Below, in pieces: positions 58,119-64,000 of a stretch of 64,000 nt of DNA. Under the pieces are notes generated by a model. It was not told the origin of the DNA and did no database searches. It saw only the letters and a list, made by a program, of their open reading frames with translations. Each line of letters opens with the position of its first letter. The stretch's first letter is position 1. The stretch covers positions 65,522-129,521 of the forward strand of contig CAZDCG010000003.1 of the NCBI GenBank assembly GCA_964503955.1, in the 5' to 3' direction. Both the position numbers and the translations under genes were made by a program. The DNA is from an uncultured Gammaproteobacteria bacterium. Its GTDB lineage: Bacteria > Patescibacteriota > Patescibacteriia > VMEV01 > CAYQCH01.

Positions 58119-58620
58119 GCAGGCGGATAAAGACCTCGGCGTTGATTTTGACATCCTCAAGCGCACGATGCGCTTTTGAATAGTCGATGCCAAACTCGCC
58201 GGCCAGCGTTCCTAAACGATGCGACCCCAGATGGGGCATTTTTTGTCTGGAGAGATCCAGTGTGTCAATCAGCGAGTTTTCAACGGGAGCAAGACCGAGC
58301 TGGAGCAGGTGGCGGTTAAGAAATTTCATGTCAAAATCGCGAATATTATGGCCCACAAGCGTGGTGTCGGAAATAAACTCAATGAATTCCGGAATCACCT
58401 GATTAAGCGGCTGCCCATGTTTGGCGATAAATTGGTCGGTGAGCCCATGAATTTTGATCGTTTCCGGATGAGAGGGGATGCCTGTGTGGATAAATCGCTG
58501 GAACTCGGCAAGATGATTACCTTGTTTGTCGATGCGCAGAGCGGCAATTTCAATAATCGCGTCACCTAAATGCGGGTAAAGACCTGTTGTTTCGGTATCA
58601 AAGACAATAAATTGTTCCAT
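58108..58620 (-). CDS. DEDDh 3'-5' exonuclease (DnaQ/epsilon-like)
   Basis: Exo I FDTETTG, Exo II, Exo III H...D. Internal ATG 58620 chosen because the ORF-track start overlaps the divergent promoter. Confidence 0.75.
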   Translation of the reverse strand: MEQFIVFDTETTGLYPHLGDAIIEIAALRIDKQGNHLAEFQRFIHTGIPSHPETIKIHGLTDQFIAKHGQPLNQVIPEFIEFISDTTLVGHNIRDFDMKFLNRHLLQLGLAPVENSLIDTLDLSRQKMPHLGSHRLGTLAGEFGIDYSKAHRALEDVKINAEVFIRLLMI

Positions 58621-58698
58621 ACGTAAGTTGGTATTGGTTGAACTATTATGAACCACATCATGCGCGCAGACAAGCTCTTGGTTCAGCTTAGGAAAACA

Positions 58699-58707
58699 TG
58701 GTATAAT
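58699..58707 (+). promoter_or_regulatory. extended -10 TGgTATAAT for the T4SS-like operon
   Basis: read directly; the ORF-track TTG start lies inside it. Confidence 0.45.
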
Positions 58708-58736
58708 TGCACTCGAAAAGGACATTTTTTCCGTGC

Positions 58737-61394
58737 ATGAATAAAAAGAAAAAAATAGGTTTTTTGCTTTTGTTAGCTGCGTTGTTTGTCACGGGCAGTC
58801 TTTTTGCTCATGTTGAACCTGCACATGCAATCATTCCTACCCTGGAAGATGCTGCAAAAGCTTCTGTAGCGCCTTTTCTGGTACTCATAGCCAGTATTCT
58901 TTACTTTATATTGCGCGCCGTCACATGGCTTGGCTCCTTTGCGGTGGATGCGTTGCGCATCGTAACTTCGTACAACCAGTTTAACATTGAAGAGGTACAG
59001 ATTGGATGGAGGATCGTGCGCGATATCATCAATAGTTTCTATATTGTAGTTCTGATTGCGATCGCGATATCCACGATTATCCGCTTCCAAAAATTCGATT
59101 TTCGTCAGACGCTTCCAAGACTTCTGATTTCGGCAGTTTTAGTGAATTTCAGCTTTTCCATTTGCCTCTTGGCGATCAATTTCACTAGCTCGGTAATGTT
59201 CACCTTTGTTCGTGGTATTGACCAGTCGTGGCCTGGTTTGCTTATTGGATTGCGCGCTCCTCAGATTACGGCATTGGGGGCAGGCACGCTTGGACCCTTG
59301 AGTGTTGAAGGTTTGGAAAACGCAGCGAGAGAACCATTAGGATACTTAAATGCCATTGTCGCGGTGCTGTTCGGGATTGTTATTATGGGCATCGCAATCT
59401 TTGCGATGCTTACATATCTTCTCATTCTCGTCGTTCGCATTGTGGTGCTATGGCTTCTCATCATTCTCTCTCCATTGGCCTTCTTTTTATGGGGGACGCC
59501 AGGGAGAGCGCAAAATTATTGGGGGGATTGGCTGGGTGAATTCATCAAGGCACTTATTACAGGGCCGGTACTTATGTTCTTTTTATATCTTAACATTATG
59601 TTTTTTGTTGAGAATGCAGCCGATCCTGCTCCCTACGGTTTTAATATCGCAGCTAGCCAGCTTTCAAGCCAGGGCACTGTAACCGCAATAGGGAGCGTGG
59701 GAGCGCTCTTCCCGTTCATAGTAGGTATCACATTGATGTTCGCCGGTCTTGAAATTGCCAATAGTCTCGGCGCCCGCGGAACGGCTTTTGCTCAGAATGC
59801 CTCTAAGAAACTATTGAGCGCGCCGCTGAAATATGCGGGGCGGAAGCTTCAAGAATACGATTCCAAACGATATAAGGATGATAAGTTCAGTGTACAGTCT
59901 GTCATGCAAGGACTTGCGACTCTCAGTGGAGCAAGCGATGCAAAAATCAAAGCGAATATCGCAGAAGGGCAGCGCAAACGGCAGGAGCTCGCTGGGAAGC
60001 TCCCTGCGGGTGTTGGGCAGTATGTTAAGGGGCTTACCGGCGGAAGTGTTGACCTTACAAAAGATGTAAATGCTTTATTTGGTGAAGATAGTCTTTTAAA
60101 GCGAACGGGAAAAAGCATTGTTGGTATAGGGGATAAAAATTGGAAAAATCTGGATGCTTTGACGGATGAACGGAGCAAGCTGCAAAGCAGACAGCTCTCA
60201 AGAAAATTATTGGCAAATGCGGAGCCCGGGGATTTAGTTAAAACCAGGGCCGATCTTGAAAACGAAATCGGTCAAAGGAATGGTTCAATCCAATTACATC
60301 AAAATCAGCTCTCGGAAATTCGTCGTTTAGAGGAGCTTAATGACAAATATTACAATCAGCGGATCCCGCTTAGCGATCAGGAGAAAATGGAATATAAGCA
60401 GCTTGAATCCAGTCTGGATGTAAATGGAGCAGAGAAAGAAGACATGCAGCGCCTTGCTGCCGAAGCTGCGGAACACGAACAAACTATTGAAGAACTCGAA
60501 GCCAAAAATAGAGAACAAAATGAATTGGCTACCACACTTAAAGCGGCAGGTATTTCAGACGAACAAACTGCGGGGCAATTCAAACAGGAAGTTGATTCGG
60601 CTTATATCTCGGATGATGCTCGTGAGAAGGAACTCCAAAAGGTTATCAGAGGTCGCCGCCAGCAGCTGCAGGCTATTAGATCAACCCAACGGCATAATGA
60701 TCGCAAAGCGGAAAAAGAATATCGCGATGTCGCTTATGAAACCAATGAGCGATATCCTGAAGAGTATATCTTTGCGCAGGCTCTTAGTAATGCCACGAAT
60801 AAAAATCAAATTGAATTTGGAGCTGATCTTGTCAAGGCGGCGGACCAAGGCATGTTTGATAACATTGTGCTCAAAATCATGAAAGAGCAGATGGATATCG
60901 ACAATCCGGTGCTGGATGAACAAGGTATGAAAACATTTGTAGATAAATATATGGTTGAAAAAGTAGGAATGAGAAAACAGCAGGCGCTCGATGTCATTAC
61001 ACGTGTCAGTGGCAGAAATCAGGCCGATTTTCACCCAACGCAATCGTTCTTTACCAAAATGGACGATTCGGGAGATTATCGCTTGTCTTCCAAAACTGAA
61101 CGCAGTGAAATGATTCAAAAAACAATTGAGAAAAAGCTCAAAGCCGTTCTCACAAAAGGCGGAGCAGATGGTATTACCATTCGTGATAAGACTGGCAAGA
61201 AAGTGATCCACCCTGCTGTTCGCAAGGCGTTTAAAGAGCAATCAGGAACGCTTAAACAAGTTTTACAGGATCAGCGTTTCTACACGGATCTCGAACGAGA
61301 AGTGGCTGTCATGTTGCGCCAGGAGGCTAATGCCTCTGGTATACCGGACAGTGAGATCAAAGGCTTCGTGGATTCATTGACCTCAACTTCTTAA
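58737..61394 (+). CDS. polytopic membrane protein with large coiled-coil C-terminal domain; PrgH/TcpH/VirB6-like conjugation/T4SS channel component
   Basis: signal peptide, 6 or more TM, long charged C-terminus; operon with PrgI-like gene. Confidence 0.5.
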   Translation: MNKKKKIGFLLLLAALFVTGSLFAHVEPAHAIIPTLEDAAKASVAPFLVLIASILYFILRAVTWLGSFAVDALRIVTSYNQFNIEEVQIGWRIVRDIINSFYIVVLIAIAISTIIRFQKFDFRQTLPRLLISAVLVNFSFSICLLAINFTSSVMFTFVRGIDQSWPGLLIGLRAPQITALGAGTLGPLSVEGLENAAREPLGYLNAIVAVLFGIVIMGIAIFAMLTYLLILVVRIVVLWLLIILSPLAFFLWGTPGRAQNYWGDWLGEFIKALITGPVLMFFLYLNIMFFVENAADPAPYGFNIAASQLSSQGTVTAIGSVGALFPFIVGITLMFAGLEIANSLGARGTAFAQNASKKLLSAPLKYAGRKLQEYDSKRYKDDKFSVQSVMQGLATLSGASDAKIKANIAEGQRKRQELAGKLPAGVGQYVKGLTGGSVDLTKDVNALFGEDSLLKRTGKSIVGIGDKNWKNLDALTDERSKLQSRQLSRKLLANAEPGDLVKTRADLENEIGQRNGSIQLHQNQLSEIRRLEELNDKYYNQRIPLSDQEKMEYKQLESSLDVNGAEKEDMQRLAAEAAEHEQTIEELEAKNREQNELATTLKAAGISDEQTAGQFKQEVDSAYISDDAREKELQKVIRGRRQQLQAIRSTQRHNDRKAEKEYRDVAYETNERYPEEYIFAQALSNATNKNQIEFGADLVKAADQGMFDNIVLKIMKEQMDIDNPVLDEQGMKTFVDKYMVEKVGMRKQQALDVITRVSGRNQADFHPTQSFFTKMDDSGDYRLSSKTERSEMIQKTIEKKLKAVLTKGGADGITIRDKTGKKVIHPAVRKAFKEQSGTLKQVLQDQRFYTDLEREVAVMLRQEANASGIPDSEIKGFVDSLTSTS

Positions 61395-61395
61395 T

Positions 61396-62679
61396 ATGGC
61401 CGAACAAAGTCTCAAACAAAGAATTCAAAATGCTTTGACGGGGTTCAAGCCTCACGAGGCTTTTGAGCTTGTTCGAGAAGTTGAAGCATTGATCGCGCAA
61501 ACAGATCCTGGCAATCTCAGGCTTGCTGAGAATCTTGAGAATGTAAGAGCACAGTTGATTATGGTTGCGATGCGCTATTACAAGGAAAAAGATCTGGAGC
61601 GTGTCTTTGAAAACAGGGTCGCCGGTATCCTGAACTTGCCAGAGGATGTCGATCTCGTCGAATTGTTCAAAAACCGGCTTGCTTCAGAAAGCCTTTTAGA
61701 CGATAAAAATAGCTTAAAAAAAACCATCAAGGGTGCTATTGAACGGAGCGTTCAACGTCTTGGTTCATCAGACATCAGTCTAGGAACGGAGATCGTTAAG
61801 CCAACTGTGCAGAATTGGGTAAAAGTCTATACATCAGAAGTGGGCAGCAACAGAGCTGGAGCAGTCGAAATTGCGAGATTCTTCTCCAAAAATCCTGATG
61901 TTCAAAAACTGTCATCCTTAGATGCATCACGGCTTCGCAGATTGCTTCGCTTCTACGAATATTTGAAAATCGATGCGGATGAAATTGAGGGGTATGATCA
62001 GGTGTACCTTCTCGATGACCCGAACATTGGATTGGTTGCGCTTGATGATACCGGGGCCACACCTATTTTTACGGAAACAGTCTTGCGAGAATTGGAAAAT
62101 CAGGCTCGCAACGGTGAATTGTCTGCCGTAGACTTATCACAATTGCAGGTTCAATTTCCAGAACGATTCGATCGATATAAACCGAAGCGGCTTCCTGGTG
62201 ACGAGTTTACAGATGATACTTTGCAACAGCTCACGGAAACATACTTTCAAACAATGAAAGAACGTTACACAAATAGCAGTACGATCAAGGCAAAAAGCAA
62301 ATATAGTCCATTGCTTTCCAGCTTAGCCGTCACCCAGATGAATCCTGCGATTGAACATATTATTGAGCTTTTATCAAAGCATCTCTCAGATCGTTCATCG
62401 CTTTCAACCTTGTTGAATAACCCAGAGGTAAAGATCGCAGTTCTGAAGAGATTAGGGGCGAAAGACCAACAACTCATCAACCAGCAGCCGTTTCATCCCG
62501 TTGCATTGCAGGAATTTTTGCGAGCCCTCTTTGAAGGTGAATTAGGCTTAACGGAAGAAGAGAGTCTCTGGCGTTCTTACTTATTGCTCTCAAGGTTGCC
62601 GCTTACCCTCAAAGACTTCAAAACCATCGTTTCCTACGATGTTGCACAAAACCAGCTTGTCTGGCGGCATCAAACCTGA
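61396..62679 (+). CDS. hypothetical protein (427 aa) in T4SS-like operon
   Basis: tight coupling, 1 nt after upstream stop. Confidence 0.5.
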   Translation: MAEQSLKQRIQNALTGFKPHEAFELVREVEALIAQTDPGNLRLAENLENVRAQLIMVAMRYYKEKDLERVFENRVAGILNLPEDVDLVELFKNRLASESLLDDKNSLKKTIKGAIERSVQRLGSSDISLGTEIVKPTVQNWVKVYTSEVGSNRAGAVEIARFFSKNPDVQKLSSLDASRLRRLLRFYEYLKIDADEIEGYDQVYLLDDPNIGLVALDDTGATPIFTETVLRELENQARNGELSAVDLSQLQVQFPERFDRYKPKRLPGDEFTDDTLQQLTETYFQTMKERYTNSSTIKAKSKYSPLLSSLAVTQMNPAIEHIIELLSKHLSDRSSLSTLLNNPEVKIAVLKRLGAKDQQLINQQPFHPVALQEFLRALFEGELGLTEEESLWRSYLLLSRLPLTLKDFKTIVSYDVAQNQLVWRHQT

Positions 62680-62698
62680 GTTTGTTACAATCAACTAT

Positions 62699-63730
62699 AT
62701 GGATCACGGACCAAAACACCAGCATTCATCAGATGACATTATCATCAGGGATCAGGACGGCACTTACAAAATCCTGAAGGATGGGAAATTCGTGCCGCTT
62801 GATGAAGCTGCCGCGCAACATGTTGCCGACGAACAACCGGATGGTCCCAAGCGTGGCGTTGAGGAAAAGAAAAAGCCTCTGCCGGATTTTGCCAGAATGA
62901 ACAAAGAACGCATGCAACAGAAAGCGGCAAATGAGCAGCCAGTCCAAAAACCGGAACCTAAAGCTGCGTCTGAACAGCAAAAAGCAGAAGCTATTCTTGC
63001 GCAAAGCAAGGTGACATTCGCCAGCACGCAAATCCGTCAGCGCGTGCTCAATGCGTTGGTGGCGCATATGAAAGGAGTACGCAAACCGTTTGAAACCCGC
63101 CAGCAGCTGGCAAAATCCGTTGCTGAAGGCGGCGCGGGCCTTGAAGCCGCAGAAGTAGAACGCATCATGACCGCAGCCGGAGGCGGCAGGGTGGAGGAGC
63201 GCCCGGAAATGGATATCAGCAGAACCAAGCAGCCGGTTAATGAAGTCATGCCTGCCAAACGGCCGCCTGTCGCTCAGGATATTTTTGCTCCCACGGCGGT
63301 AAAGCCCATGCAGGAAGAGCCGGTTTATCAGATCCCTTCAAAGCCGGCACCTGCTGTTTCAGCACCGGCTGTGGCTCCAAAACCGCGTGTGGCGGACGTG
63401 CAAAAACCTGCCCGGGCCGTGGTAGGGCTTTCCGGCCAGCTTTCCTACAGCCTTGCCGACTGGAGGCGCGTGGCGGTGCAGCCAAAAGACCGGGTAAAAA
63501 AGATTGAAACTCAGCTTGATGTTCTTGAGCAGGAAGGATTGCCCGAGCGGCTTCGGGGTCTGCAGGCTTGGCGCTCAAGCGAAGTGATGCGCATGTATTT
63601 GGAATCAGGCAAAGAAAGTCTTGAACAGGGCACGCCTTTGCAGCAAATGCTTGGCGCCGGAAAGCCGGACGCGCTTTCCTGGGATGAATGGACGGCCATT
63701 GCTGAACTTAATGAGCGATTAAAATACTGA
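62699..63730 (+). CDS. hypothetical Pro/Ala/Gln-rich protein in T4SS-like operon
   Basis: start uncertain; ATG 62699 chosen to avoid overlap. Confidence 0.4.
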   Translation: MDHGPKHQHSSDDIIIRDQDGTYKILKDGKFVPLDEAAAQHVADEQPDGPKRGVEEKKKPLPDFARMNKERMQQKAANEQPVQKPEPKAASEQQKAEAILAQSKVTFASTQIRQRVLNALVAHMKGVRKPFETRQQLAKSVAEGGAGLEAAEVERIMTAAGGGRVEERPEMDISRTKQPVNEVMPAKRPPVAQDIFAPTAVKPMQEEPVYQIPSKPAPAVSAPAVAPKPRVADVQKPARAVVGLSGQLSYSLADWRRVAVQPKDRVKKIETQLDVLEQEGLPERLRGLQAWRSSEVMRMYLESGKESLEQGTPLQQMLGAGKPDALSWDEWTAIAELNERLKY

Positions 63731-63732
63731 TA

Positions 63733-64000
63733 TGCAGTATACCGTTCCGCAATTTATTGATCAGGAGGACAAAATCATCGCCTTCATTACCGTGCGGCAA
63801 TTTTTGATCATGATTGTGGCGGCTATTTTCATGGCAATCTGTTACGCTTTGCTCCGATTCGCGTACTTTGTTGCCGCCTCCGTTGTCATCGCTCTCATCA
63901 CGGGAGTGGTGGCTTTCCTGAAAGTGAACGGACGGCCCTTTCATTTCTTCCTGATCAGCTATATCGAGCGCATGAAGAAGCCGAATGTGCGTGTCTGGAA
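63733..64000 (+). CDS. PrgI/VirB3-like small membrane protein (partial, runs off window)
   Basis: MQYTVPQFIDQEDKIIAFITVRQF matches the PrgI-family N-terminus, followed by a TM helix. Confidence 0.55.

Noticed and set aside
58620-58725. Longer start for the DEDDh exonuclease and TTG start 58707 for the T4SS gene
   Set aside because: Both would overlap the divergent extended -10 (TGgTATAAT 58699-58707). Internal ATGs at 58620 and 58737 were preferred.
1-64000. Diversity-generating retroelement, retron or group II intron
   Set aside because: No reverse-transcriptase motif (YxDD) found in any frame; no TR/VR repeat pair noticed.

Overview
The window is a roughly 50% GC bacterial chromosome segment in which many genes have short or absent Shine-Dalgarno sites. 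Genes are compact and there are large surface proteins carrying thrombospondin-type-3-like Ca-binding repeats, which is reminiscent of Patescibacteria/CPR-type genomes. Standard genetic code applies; TGA is used as a stop. The housekeeping backbone includes a two-component sensor kinase, an infB-rbfA-nrnA block, tsaD, ftsH, rpsA, gyrA, rpmF-nusB-rnc, pilT, rpsO, pnp and ssb. There are also a PilB/GspE ATPase, DEAD-box and Pif1-type helicases, a YibE/F plus Fur/Zur pair, an LtaS-family enzyme and MBL-fold hydrolases. Eight tRNAs sit in four places: Arg(TCT) and His(GTG) on the plus strand, Leu(TAA) and Gly(GCC) on the minus strand, Glu(TTC), and a Lys(CTT)-Arg(TCG)-Val(GAC) operon. The most unusual structure is at tRNA-Glu. 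Its 3' end plus a downstream hairpin occurs as three direct-repeat copies, and the second and third copies bracket a low-GC orphan gene carrying an Rx4H (HEPN-like) motif. This looks like a tandem integrated mini-island. The tRNA-Arg/tRNA-His locus carries truncated tRNA copies with palindromic insertions in the T-loop, which look like integration scars, and is followed by a high-GC secreted vWA gene. There are at least seven discrete high-GC islands (about 60-66%). Most encode secreted or surface proteins or small orphans, and each is bounded by strong hairpin terminators, suggesting horizontal acquisition from a high-GC donor. The 3' end of the window carries a Gram-positive-type T4SS-like module (a polytopic PrgH/VirB6-like protein, two unknowns, and a PrgI-like protein running off the window edge). 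It is preceded by a translationally coupled pair made of an asparaginase-fold pseudoenzyme and a ribbon-helix-helix protein. A dispersed CACAGAC-containing repeat family occurs at gene 3' ends, and a CTAGAT/GATCCAGATC iteron-like cluster lies next to xerC. No CRISPR array, reverse transcriptase, rRNA or recognisable RNase P, tmRNA or SRP RNA was seen.
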